A stretch of 64,000 nt of DNA from Octopus sinensis (GCF_006345805.1 NC_042999.1:172050001-172114000), one strand, 5' to 3'. Counted from the stretch's first letter, positions 12,120-24,559 are shown. The notes: generated by a model from the letters alone, not told the origin. Translations and numbers: made by a program.

Positions 12120-12660
12120 TGCCTGTATGCAGTAGCAGACAGTGGCTGTCATGGCTTCTGATCTTAACAGACAGGAATTGCTATCATTTACATTGTTTTG
12201 CCTTGATATAAAACATAGGCTTCAACAAATATTCTGCTTAGTACCACGGATTTGCTTGTCAGTTGTTTGACCATAACTAGTTGAGCATGTCTTTTAGTGG
12301 TTGACGATATGTGCAGCTCTACTCACAAGTAGAAATAACGGGAGTGCTTCATAGCCATGTGTCGAAACAAATTCTTTGGGTTTGGATAATACACCTCTGA
12401 AAACATGGGTGTTTCGTTCACCATTTATAAACAACCATTATTCAAGGACCATTTTTTAGCAGGATGGGCTACGTGACATGAAGAATAGACTAACTTGGCC
12501 CAACCTGCAACGTCATGTGCTATTCATCTTGGTATGAGATCAGCATGTCACACACGTATGGTAGTGATACATGTGCCTAGTGTACCCTTATCAAATGGGT
12601 AGTCATAATGGGTCTACTGGGCTTCGATACTTTACTCAAGTCTCACTTTGATAACTTGCA
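12120..12660. repeat. Unclassified interspersed-repeat remnant between (AAT)n tracts
   Basis: More GC-balanced than its flanks and resembles retroelement 3' sequence as I recall it; no ORF motif recognised. Confidence 0.35.
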
Positions 12661-12704
12661 CTAATCTCTCACTGAATAATAATAATAATAATAATAATAT
12701 AATA

Positions 12705-12756
<52 letters not shown>

Positions 12757-12766
12757 TATAATATTG

Positions 12767-12819
<53 letters not shown>

Positions 12820-12820
<1 letters not shown>

Positions 12821-13309
12821 TGGTCACAGAAAACGAGAAAGCAACCATACTCTGGGATATGCCGATACACACAGATAGAGAAATTAAGGCCAACAGACCA
12901 GATATAGTTGTCAGAGATCATGAAGAAAAAAATGCTTTCTAATTGATGTATCAATACTGGCAGATGACAACGTGTCTCTAAAAGAAATAGAGAAACTTTT
13001 AAAATACAAAGACCTGGAAATAGAGGTAACCAGAATGTGGAATCAAAAAACAGATACAATTCCTATCATAGTAGGTGCATTAGGCATGATAAAAAAATAT
13101 TCAGACAAATACATAACAAAAACACCAGGACTTACAAACACATATAAAATACAGATATTGCACTACTAGGCACTGCACACATCCTACGCAGAACACTTTC
13201 CATACAATAACCATCAGAGCTTCACAACAAATCACAGCACATACCCAAGGCACACATAGCTGCGCTCGGTAATGAAGTGAAAGCACGCTATAAAGATAAA
13301 ACTACTGAA
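12820..13309 (+). mobile_element. Short 5'-truncated R4/Dong subfamily-1 copy
   Basis: Near-identical to 8305-8793; flanked by (AAT)n on both sides. Confidence 0.9.
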
Positions 13310-13333
13310 TAATAATAATAATAGTAATAATGT

Positions 13334-13387
<54 letters not shown>

Positions 13388-13989
13388 CAACAACAATAGT
13401 AAGTGGAGAAGAGCGTAAAGTGCAGATGGAATTCTCTCTGATGGCTTGAGGTATTGTTAGATAAAGACGACTAACCATTTCTCAAGAAGCAAATAGTTTT
13501 ATTCGGTAGTCAATTGTCGAAAAAGAGTTCTGAAAATGACAGAAACCGATTGTCAGTGATATTATCAACATGAGCGAACCTTAATGAGTTCCATTTTCGG
13601 AAGCAGTTTTAGTAAAGGAAAAAACTGAATTGTCGTCCTGAATGCTGAGGATGTTACCTCTGCTGGTGATACATTTAATTTCACCTCAGTTTCTCTCCAG
13701 CAAATCTGGATTTCTGCGTTCTTGTTACATGTTCCAGTGACAAATCATAAGTGCACTGAATCATATTGAATACTTCTTTCCCTTACCAACAACAACCTCT
13801 GTAAAAACGTATATTTAGTGTATTAGGTTTCAAATTTTGCAATTTTGTATATTCTCATGTTAAATAATCATGTAAAATATAAAAATATTTAAAAATAAGC
13901 GTGTGTGTGTGTCTGTGTATGTACATATATAATATATATATATATATATATATACATATATATGCTTATAGATATATATATGTTGTTAT

Positions 13990-14172
<183 letters not shown>

Positions 14173-14429
14173 TTTGTTAGTTCGTCAAACAGTATACTTA
14201 TAAAAGATGGTTGTCCGCTGGTGGCGAAAAAAATATCGATAAATGCTATAAAAGGAACTAGCACTTGACAAAAAGAATTCGGAATTAAGTTATGAGAAAA
14301 TACTTGTGAAATATGATACGTAATGAGATAAAAGCAATATACGATAAGTTGCAATGCTGCGAATTAATATAAAATTGGGAAAAATAAAATTAAAGAAGAA
14401 CTAAAATTTAAGATGTATGTCAAAACTGT

Positions 14430-14640
14430 CATCGGCAACTACAAAGATGTATTGAAATGTGAATGCGGATGAAATGCTTCAGAATATGGAAACTTTAGAC
14501 AAAGTCTACTAAAGGTAGTAAGATATGGATATAAGATAAAGATGGAGGAGATGATTAATGATCTATCAATTCAAGATTGCTGGAACAAGTGGAAAATTTA
14601 GAAGTATTGTGAAAATAGCTTGCAAGAAGACTGAGATTAT
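14430..14640 (+). pseudogene. Possible decayed EGF-like remnant
   Basis: Frame 1: KCECG (14455-14469) and CWNKWKI*KYCE (14578-14613), resembling C..GW.G..CE. Confidence 0.35.
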
Positions 14641-15739
14641 GCAAGTTTGGTTTGGTATATATCTTATAAGTGGGATTCCTCTTGGAATATGTATTTAAAG
14701 ATCTTGTGGCGGAAATTTAGTATAAAATATCTTATGTATTTCTGTCAGAACCAAATACATATTTTTCGTTCTCTAGTACTGAATATAGCAGTAGCCATAA
14801 ATTTCCAGTCTCAAATCAGTAGGTGTCCCTATCCCTTAAAATCAAGACAATCAGCGAGGAATGAAGACTTACGTCGTAGTTCATACTTAAAAGTATTGTG
14901 TCGTTGGTCGTAACAATGTTGGAAGATTTTGGACAATAATAAATGTAGTGCTTTTAATTACCAATCTGAAATTTACGATGGTCGATTGCTAGCGTAGTAA
15001 GGTATTTGTGAGGCTAACGCTAATATGAGCGTTAGAATCTGTGCTAGATATATTAAATGGTTTCTGATATTTACCTTTCTAAATTTCACCCCTCCCTCTG
15101 TTAATACAAGAAATCTTTATATAGCTTATATTCAAAAATATAACTTTGCTACATCAAGCAAACATTTTCAATACGCTACTCAAATATTATATAACCAACA
15201 TTTTTTCATGTTCTATCTTTCATGATCTGTCAATCTGTCACAAAGCTGCAAAGAAAAAGAAAATCTCAGAATAATGACTATAAAATTTCGGCGTCCATGA
15301 TATATATATGTGTGTGTGTGTGTGGATGGGAGTGTGTGCGCGCGTGTCTATATCCCTGTTTGCATCAGCGTGTCTACGTTCATATTTACAGGAAAGAAAA
15401 ATAAGAATAAATATGTGAGAACAAGAGAGAAAGAAAAGACGGATCGGGATACAATTGATAAGACGAACGTTGAAGGAACGATAGCAAACACAAAAAAAGA
15501 ATACAAGCTAATAATAGTATTATCACATCTCATACGTTTCACATTATTTATTGCATAACTTATTGTTCAGATTTAAAGAGATGCAAGAGAAATCATTTCT
15601 TTGGAGACTAAAGGAAAGAAGAATTGTAAGAGTGTTAACGGAAAATATTTATCTTTACAGCTAGATTCTCACACGTTTTTGGTCTATAAACAAAATGAAA
15701 CAGCAATGCAAACATATATATACATGCAAGGAAAACATG

Positions 15740-15773
<34 letters not shown>

Positions 15774-16244
15774 ATAATATATATATATATATTATATATA
15801 TACATATATATATACATATATGTATATATATATATATATACATATATACAGACATATAAACACATATAAACTTAAATGTATGCTCTCATAAACTTTACTA
15901 TGTTTTATGGCATCCCTGATAGAGTCACGATCAGCCACAAGGAGAAATTCCAAATGGAATATCGTTTTAGTGTAATACGAAAAACTGATATACACTCATA
16001 TGTATGTATGAATGTATGTATGTATGTATGTATCTAGCTAGCTAGCTAGGTATGTGAAAATTTCTTCATTGCTAGGACTTATATATTGTTGCGTATAATG
16101 TTTTAATATAAAATTACCAATCCAGGAAAGAATTCTCGCCGAACTCTCAGTTGCTCGGATGAGATACCCTGATCTATATATTCACGCCCTTTCCTCTTTT
16201 ACTTTAATAACTATGCAAATGAAAATTCTAAATTTTATTGATGA

Positions 16245-16330
16245 TGGTCTCTGTGAAGAATATCTGTGGTGTCGAGAAGGCTAACATGTGTGCATAGCAA
16301 CTAGCATATAGCCCAGGCTACCACATAATT
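16245..16330 (+). pseudogene. Possible decayed EGF-like remnant
   Basis: CREG*H (16270-16287) and YSPGYH (16307-16324) resemble C..GY. Confidence 0.3.
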
Positions 16331-18071
16331 GTTCTAATACAACGTCATTTTTGAGGAACAGATTCCTTATGCACCCAACAGCACACAGACATACACATAC
16401 CCATCACACATAAGCATAACTATATGAATAGTCTTCTCCTTCGACAGAGTTACTATCTATCTGCAAGTAAGTGCAGGTATAAGAATCTCAGGAAGATTAC
16501 AAAGTTGTTAGAGGTTTCCCCATGCATGATTGTAGATCTGAACTTTTACGTCTGCCCTGGAAAAAGAAAAACCTGATCTTGGCTAAATTACATTTTGGAG
16601 ACCAGAGATTTGATACACGAACCACAAGTATTTTTAAGGATTAAATAAAGAACATCAGTCTTAAATATATACATATAAGCATGTAATAGGCTGAGTAAAA
16701 AGTAAGCAACCTTTTGAATCAGGAAGAATTTGTACCGCATTTTTGCGGAGCTCTGAGTTTTTAAAGCGTTTTCTTAATTGTCTCATAATACAGACATATA
16801 CTTGCCCAAATACATCCATTTACTCTAATATCTGTCACAAAGAATGCAGTGTAAAATATATAGCACACACAAGCACCCCAGTCTCTGCCAGTGAACAAAT
16901 TCTGAAGAAACATACCTCTTTCTGTAAGCTCACATTAAAATGTTACCCAGGGAATAACAGGAAAGGAAATCTGCATAGAAAAAGTATGATTACATCTGCG
17001 GCGGAAATTCTCACTTTGCTACATCATTTGTCAAATTATTTTTCTCCTTAATAAATATTTTCCCAGCCAGCATATTTACAGGAAAAGTTTCAAAATGAAT
17101 AATGTCCAACTATTTTAGTCGACTGCGTTACAATTTAGTCGACTATGGTACATTGGACAAAATATAGCGTTATATAACATAACTAAATTAAATGAATATA
17201 CACGATACCAGTGAAGCAAATTTAAGAATTAACCATGTAATGCGTACAACCAAAATCATTTAAATAAACAATAAAATCATCCGTCACAAAATATTAACAG
17301 CATGTAATAGTCAAAACAACAATCAGATGATGGGAGAAAGTGGTTCCAATAATAAAAATATAATATGATGTGAAACATTAATAGCTGCTTTAGTAACGAT
17401 AACTCACATAGGATCGGCAACAATAGGAATGACAATGAAACAAATGATTCTACCAGTAGAACCAACTTTAGCAACATTGATAATTAACCATAGTTAATAA
17501 TAGGAATAGCAAATATACTAACATGGCCGAAGACACAGAGAGAGCAGATTGATCCAGAAGTGGTGCAGCCGCACAAATTCCCGTCGGTCAACCTGAAATA
17601 ACTTGAATGAAATATAAGCCATACAAAAATTGTCCCTTGAAACAACAGTAAACCAACACAGATCTCGTATCCAATACTTCAAGATCCAGAACATTTGGCA
17701 TCGATATTCCTTCTATGACCAAGGATAGAGAATGCTGTTAAGCTATCAAGATGTCTTTAGAGATTTAAAGAAAGCAACATAAAGTTCAACTACCAATAGA
17801 ACACCCGAGTAGGACCCGAGAAGATTTATATATTGTTGACGGAAGACACTGTGACACGAGCACGGAAGAAGCTAACTCATTTCTGAGAGATAAAGTACCA
17901 GTTTTCTGAGAGAAAAAAGTACTTCAGTTTGAACTAATTTCATGATGTTTCACATTTAGATGCTTTTACTAACTTCATTCAGTAGTTAAACACAAATAAA
18001 TCTTGGATTTAAGTAGCTTTGATTTACTGTCAGGTAATTTTGTCCAACCAAGTATAAACTCATTTTCTCGT

Positions 18072-18460
18072 GTATTTGTTTCAGTCATGTGATTCCAACC
18101 ACATTGGAGCAAATCAACCCCAGGACTTATCCTTAGTAAGCCTAGTACTTATTCTATTGGTCTCTTTTGCCAAACCACTAGGTTACGGGGACGTAAACAC
18201 AGCAGCGTCGGTTGTGCAAACACAGACACAAAAACATATACACATACACACACACACACGCACACACACACATATATATATATATATAAATATATATACG
18301 ACGGGCTTCGTTCAGTTTCACTGTACAAAATCCACTCACAAGTCTTTGGTCGGCCCGAGGCCATAGTAGAAGACACTTGCCACAAGTGCCACGCAGTGTG
18401 ATTGAACCCGAAATCATGTGGATAGTAAGTAAGTTACTTATAACATAGTCTCTCCGGCAC
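18072..18460 (-). mobile_element. SINE family B (central microsatellite type), degenerate
   Basis: Reverse complement of the 43558-43980 family: aaatccactcacaag, ggtcggcccgaggc, gtttcagtca. Confidence 0.85.
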
Positions 18461-18990
18461 CTTCACGCCATATATAGCTGGATTGCTGGATTACTAAATA
18501 GAGAAACGTCACGGATACATGTACATTGAATGTATCGGTATATAGTATCAACCTTCGAATGTGAGCTACCTAATAATAAATATAAAAGGATTTTTGCATG
18601 CATAGACACAGAATAACGTTGCAGAGTATTGAACATTTTAGTATTTTATTTGGAGAAAGCAGAGTTCTCGGTAAAAATATCTTAATACAGTGAAATATAA
18701 GTGAGTACTCACATTAAAATCGCGTATCATACACTAATAATCAAATTAATTTTTTTTTAATGTTTTACTTGTTTCAGTCATTTGACTGCGGCCAAACTGG
18801 AGTACAGCCTTACAGGGATTTAGTCGAAGAAATCGACCCCAAGACTTATTCTTCTTAAATCTAGTATTTATTCTTTTTACCTTTATGCGGATCCGCTACG
18901 TTGCAGAGACATAACAACACCAACGTCGGTTGTCAATAGATGGCGGGGAGACAAATACAGACACACACATAAATATATATATTTATATAT

Positions 18991-19335
18991 AAAGTAAAGG
19001 TAAAGACCCTCTTCGGTCATGAACGACCATGGGATTGCACCTAGAAAGTTACCCACCTAGACACAAGTCCGGGCAAGGTTGTTTATGGAAGACTAGCAGT
19101 CGCCCATGCATACCAGCCTCCCCTCTCCACGCCACCAGTGTTATCCAAGGGAAAGGCAAAGGTCGATACAGCTTGGCACCAGTGACGTCGCAACTCATTT
19201 CTACAGCTGAGTGAACTGGAGCAACGTGAAATAAAGTGCCTTGCTCAAGAACACAACACGCAGCCCGGTCCGGGATTCGAGCTCACAACCTCACGATCGT
19301 AAGCTCGACGCTCTAACCACTGAGCCATGCGCCTT
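18991..19335 (-). mobile_element. SINE family C (tRNA-Arg-like head)
   Basis: Minus strand ggcgcatggctcagtggttagagcgtcgagcttacgatcgtgaggttgtgagctcgaatccc (A and B boxes), then gtgttcttgagcaaggcacttta body and a (CTTTA/C)-type tail. Homologous to 50058-50381. Confidence 0.9.
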
Positions 19336-19336
19336 C

Positions 19337-19373
<37 letters not shown>

Positions 19374-19380
<7 letters not shown>

Positions 19381-20027
19381 CAACAATTGAGGGTAAAATT
19401 AATTAGCTATTAATCAATTTCACCAAGTATTCAGTATGTAAAGGGACCATTTAAGGCGAATTCAAAATATTACATTGTATAAAAGGGCTTAGTAAAATAA
19501 ATTACTTTGCCACATACTGAACTCATTAGAAATAGCAGCCAAAAAAAAGATTTTTTAGCCATTTCTAATACTTAAAGAAAATTTCTCTCAGATAGTGTTT
19601 ACTCAAAATAACCCACGAAGGTATGGGGGTAAAAACATTAAAAAAATCACAAGTGCAAAGATTATTTGAGAACGTACGTTTCTAGATCAGCCAAATACAA
19701 TTCGACATTCCTTTCGTCAGCCCAAAATTTCTTAATTCGGATTTGGAAACACTGAAAGTAGGAGCATACCCTTTTGGCGACTTTTCACCTCAGAAGAACC
19801 GTTCAAACTAACACTGCCAACAAATTCAAAATATGCAAGCGAAGAATTCCTGCTCTCCCCCTTCCACCCACGTGGGTCAGACTAGTAAACACCATATTTT
19901 ATCGGTGAAAACCGAGGCATTAAACAGAGAGAAATGAATTATAATTTCAACAATTGAGGGTAAAATTAATTAGCTATTAATCAATTTCACCAAGTATTCA
20001 GTATGTAAGGGACCATTTAAGGGACCA
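19374..20027 (-). mobile_element. Non-autonomous Penelope-like/retrozyme-like element with ~82-bp direct terminal repeats and an internal hammerhead
   Basis: 19374-19456 is repeated at 19941-20022 (period 567); flanked by (TA)n; hammerhead at 19665-19726. Confidence 0.7.
19665..19726 (-). ncRNA. Type-I hammerhead ribozyme motif
   Basis: Minus strand UUUGGG-CUGACGA-[A AGG AAU GUCGAAU ugu AUUUGGC UGA UCU A]-GAAA-CGUACG-UU/CUCAAA. Stem I is 6 bp, stem III is the palindrome ACGUACGU, cleavage triplet GUU. Confidence 0.75.
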
Positions 20028-20030
20028 TAT

Positions 20031-20102
<72 letters not shown>

Positions 20103-20583
20103 GAGCGATTTCATTTTCTGTCTACCAAATCCACTCTCAAGTCGAACTATACCGGACACAATGTGGTCGGAAAGCAAGCTTCTTCTCACACAGACGCACC
20201 TGCTTCTATGTAGGTGAATATGATGTATATGAAATTTATATTACAATAGAATGGTTGTATACTGTCAATCTAACAAGAACGTGACAGTAGGGGGTACACC
20301 ACCGCTGTATAGGAAGCATCGAACGCCTCCTGATGGCTTTGACACATTTTCCCCTGTGTACTTATTTCAAAAAGGTGTCAACTAGACGATAAGGCACAAA
20401 GGAAAACAAGCATACACATGTAGCCATACACACTTGAACAGGATTGCGTTTGAGCGAATTCAAACGAAGAAACGTACACTCTTAAATGCAAACTTTTTAA
20501 CTGCATATTTTGGTCGGTTTCAAAATATACACATGCATTTACCGTTGATGCTGAAAATATATATACACATACATATATATATC

Positions 20584-20629
<46 letters not shown>

Positions 20630-20767
20630 TGCATACAAACATAAAAACACAGACCAGACACATGGAGATAGATATATTATATATATATATATATATGTGT
20701 GGTGTGTGTGTGTGTTCGCATGTGTGTATAAATATACACACCCACACACACATACATACAAACATAC

Positions 20768-20814
<47 letters not shown>

Positions 20815-20823
20815 CATGCATAC

Positions 20824-20872
<49 letters not shown>

Positions 20873-21960
20873 GTGAGTTAGGCAGGTTAGGCCAGCGTAT
20901 AGATTACGTTGAATTAAAAGCACAAATCAATAGCGGAAAAAACGAGTATTGTGTTTAAGTATTGAATTATCGTTTCCATACGTGTTCGAACAGGTCTTTT
21001 GTTCGTTGACACAAAGCAAAACATAAATGAAAAGGCAAATTCAATGAAACTAACAGCAAACATGTTAATAACAATTACTTGTAAATTATATAAATTGTAG
21101 TAGTAGTAGTAGTAGTAGTTGTAGTAGTTCTCTATCTTACTCCTGGCCGATGCACGTGTGGACTATGTTAGAACAAATTCCAAAATGTTTCGCTTTATAA
21201 TAGTGCTTAGTATCAGACGTGATAAAATAAATCCAGAGGAAAGCAAATCTTTTCTATAAGAGTGAAGCTACCTTAAACAGGTGATTCACAGTCTCCTGTT
21301 TACACTCAAAACCCAATGAATGTGCTGGGTTTCAACATCTCAGCATATTGGGCAGTTCTTTGTAGCATGAAATGAGTAGGCGTATTTTTCGTGTCACTAA
21401 AAACAACCTGTTTGTGATGGGGGAGGTTAAAAAATTCTCATGGGTCGAGCAGTAGCTATCTGCTAGATTAGCTCAAGTTAATTTATAATACAGTACAATA
21501 CTAGCTTTCACTTTAAGTTTTCTAGTTCCGTCATTATCAAGATATATTTGCTGTTCATCATTACCAAGTCAAATGGGTTAATAACGTTCACTACAAGATA
21601 TCGATTTACACAGTTATGCCCAAATTATTTATCTTTTGTCGTAGTTAATAATAATAATTATTTATCAAGTAGCGCATGGTAGGATTGCTACAGCAACTTT
21701 CAGTCTGTTTCTATATCTCCTTATATTCTGTGTTCAAATCGATTTTGGATTAAATGAAATATACAATACTCAAGTCCTTCAGTAAACTCATCAAATGTAC
21801 TTCCATAAAATTTAAAGAATTGTAAATGATAGAGGACAGCATTGGCCGTATCCAGACACGTTTTGGACGAAAACATGTAGAGTACAGTGTTGTATTGCCG
21901 CATTGCATTCAAGGGCCAGCGAATGAAAACTCAAACATGTACGGATAGAATAAGAGGAAT

Positions 21961-22079
21961 ATGAACGAAGATATCCTTCCATATACATGTGAATTTTTAA
22001 GATATACCAGACGAGGATGTTTTTTTCATAAATTCAGGAAAATCATCGGTGCTGTTACTGTCATTGTTTTTTCAGTGAC

Positions 22080-22083
<4 letters not shown>
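21961..22083 (+). pseudogene. Decayed EGF C-terminal half followed by a TM-like segment
   Basis: ORF track 21961: PYTCEFLRYTRRGC (cf. YTC.C..GY.G..C), then KFRKIIGAVTVIVFSVTI, running into (ATT)n. Confidence 0.45.
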
Positions 22084-22136
<53 letters not shown>

Positions 22137-22141
<5 letters not shown>

Positions 22142-22218
22142 TAGTTTTATTTTTATATCGTGCTTTCACTTCACTACCGAGCGCAGCTCTGTGTGCCTTG
22201 AGTATGTGCTGTGGTTTT
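22137..22218 (-). mobile_element. 82-bp 3'-terminal fragment of R4/Dong subfamily 1 inside (ATT)n
   Basis: Reverse complement aaaaccacagcacatactcaaggcacacagagctgcgctcggtagtgaagtgaaagcacgatataaaaataaaactactgaa matches the 3' end of 11578-12035. Confidence 0.9.
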
Positions 22219-22225
22219 ATTATTA

Positions 22226-22273
<48 letters not shown>

Positions 22274-22307
22274 GTTATTATTATTGTCGTCATCATCATC
22301 AACTGAG

Positions 22308-22410
22308 GCAGTGAGGAGGCAAAATCGGTAGCGCACAGTATTAAATGCTTAGCAACATTTCGTCCATGTTTACATTCTGAGTTCAAATTCCACTGAGGTC
22401 GACGAACTTT
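22308..22410 (+). mobile_element. SINE family A 5' fragment
   Basis: aaatgcttagc...ttctgagttcaaattccactgaggtcgac. Confidence 0.7.
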
Positions 22411-22498
22411 CTCTGGCCTTCTGCCTAACGTTAAAATCATTATCAGTGAGACATTTTCTTTCTCCATTTGTTCTAAACAGTGATATACTGTAGAGAGC

Positions 22499-22561
<63 letters not shown>

Positions 22562-22991
22562 TATTATAAATCTTATTATAAAAGGCAGATTTTATCTGCC
22601 TCCCTTTGTATCTTATAGAAATCTACAATATAGGAATTCTTCAATTACAATTTACCTAGCATTTTTAAGAGTAGAATGCATCGGGTCGTGCCAGGTCCAG
22701 TTTTTAAAATTTCAACCCCAATTAAGCAAAATTTAGAGAAAACTCACATTGTGGTGTATAAGTCAAATGCTTTACTTAGTGTGGCCTACACCACACGCAC
22801 ACGCACACACACAGTGTGCAACGAATAAAGTGAAAGTAATTCACTTTTTGTAGCGAGTGACTCTTTCACTCTGCCACTTCCTCTTTACACACATAGACAC
22901 GCAAATATATAAATAAAATTGTAAGCTAACGTGTGTGTGTGCGTGTGTGTGGTGTGTGTGTGTGTGTGCGTGTGCGTGAGTGTGTGACAGG

Positions 22992-23502
22992 AAAGTTTTT
23001 TAGGACGAATATAAGACCTATATCCGAGTAGCAGAAAGATCGCCCAAAAGTGTATATAGATATTTAAATGTATTTATATATTCATCTATACACAGATGTA
23101 TGTATAATGTGTGTGTATATATTTCCATAGAGGTAACCATTCACTCCATACAAAGTTTTTTAGGACGAAAATAAGATCTAAAGTTATCTCTAAGAAACAG
23201 AAAGATCGCCCAAAAGTGTATATAGATATTTAAATGTATTTATATATTCATCTATACACAGATGTATGTATAATGTGTGTGTATATATTTCCATAGAGGT
23301 AACCATTCACTCCATACAAAGTTTTTTAGGACGAAAATAAGATCTAAAGTTATCTCTAAGAAACAGAAAGATCGCCCAAAAGTGTATATAGATATTTAAA
23401 TGTATTTATATATTCATCTATACACACATGTATGTATAATGTGCGTGTATATATTTCCATAGAGGTAACCATTCAATCCATACAAAGTTTTTTAGGACGA
23501 AA
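22992..23502. repeat. 166-bp tandem repeat x3 inside the Helitron
   Basis: cagaaagatcgcccaaaagtg starts at 23032, 23198 and 23364. Confidence 0.95.
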
Positions 23503-23750
23503 ATATTTATATATAAAAGAAAGGTTGTGTGTCTGTCTACTCCGATTTAGATTCCTAACTACTCCCACATTTTGCGATGCAGTTTAACCAAAACCGGGTA
23601 TCTTATAGTCGTGATTCATATCGAGCCCTTCTGGGTATTAGTGCGCGTCTACGATGAGTCTATGATTTTACAAATAATTTACATCATTTTTTTCCATTTT
23701 AATGCATATTTTTTAAAATAAAGGGAAGTAACTCTCAAACTTCACACCAA

Positions 23751-24245
23751 TACGCGTGCTCATATGCGACGTAATATCACATCAGCAGCATTTCCTCACA
23801 CCCTCCTTGCACTTGGCGAAGGCAAAATACCAGGGGATGAAAATGGTAATATTGCCATCGATTCCATTTGTACCATTGTTAAGACGCCTTCTGATCTCAG
23901 AGATGCAGTCTTCCCAGATCTACAAGCTAATTATCAGAATATGGATTGGATTGGCAAAAAGGCTATACTGGCCCCGAGGAATAAAACTGTTCACCATATT
24001 AATGATGAAATGCTAAAACTCATTCCTGGGGAAGTCTATGTATATCAGTCTATCGATACAACTCCTGACCCAGAGGACGTCATCAACTATCAATAGAGGT
24101 ACTCAATTCCTTTGAGCACCCCGGACTACCACCACACTTTCTCAAACTTAAAGTTGGTGCCCCTATAATGCTCATCAGAAATTTGGTTCCCCCAAAACAA
24201 TGCAATGGCACACGTTTGATCGTTAAGTCCTTATCTCCCACCGTA
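23751..24245 (+). pseudogene. Helitron PIF1-family helicase remnant
   Basis: LLALGEGKIP, AILAPRN..V..IN, YQSID, then after a stop/frameshift [40 protein letters not shown]. Confidence 0.92.
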
Positions 24246-24439
24246 AGCTTATATCAATATTTGCCTGAATAATCATCATAATTCAGTGCAATCATTAACA
24301 GTACTTTCAAGCAATTCAGCCCCGAGCAACGCCGGGCAATTCTGCTAGTATATATATATATAATATATATATATAATATATATATATAAATATATATGTA
24401 TGTATAAATATATATACACACACATATATATATATATAG

Positions 24440-24517
24440 AAATGGCTGTATGGTCAGACGCTTGATTCCCAGCCACATGGTTTCAGGTCGTGTGTTATAT
24501 ATATGAGTGTGTGTGAG

Positions 24518-24559
<42 letters not shown>

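Larger units (their letters stand above)
18762..20210 (-). mobile_element. SINE family B split by nested insertions (3' half 18762-18965, 5' half ~20100-20210)
   Basis: ttacttgtttcagtcatttgactgcggcc...gacaaatacagacacacac is the 3' half; tctaccaaatccactctcaag...acacagacgcacctgc is the 5' half. They are separated at the central microsatellite. Confidence 0.65.
22559..24348 (+). mobile_element. Helitron (composite, internally deleted)
   Basis: 5' TC(ttattataaaagg) in TA context; second 5'-like end near 23507 (tatatataaaagaaagg); PIF1 remnant; subterminal hairpin cccg-agcaacgc-cggg (24321-24336); CTAG end at 24345-24348 followed by T. Confidence 0.85.

Noticed and set aside
16743-17051. 102-aa ORF and a nearby mariner-TIR-like stretch (aggctgagtaaaaagtaagcaac, ~16689)
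   Set aside because: No transposase motif and no matching second inverted repeat found.
18991-19335. tRNA-Arg(ACG)-like sequence, also at 50058-50130
   Set aside because: It has A/B boxes but no proper acceptor stem and continues into a shared SINE body; it is a SINE head, not a tRNA gene.
22992-23502. Regular repeat arrays (166-bp, 140-160-bp, 60-bp, 37-bp and 18-bp) as possible CRISPR-like arrays
   Set aside because: The units are contiguous tandem copies without unique spacers, lie inside eukaryotic transposons, and have no cas genes nearby.
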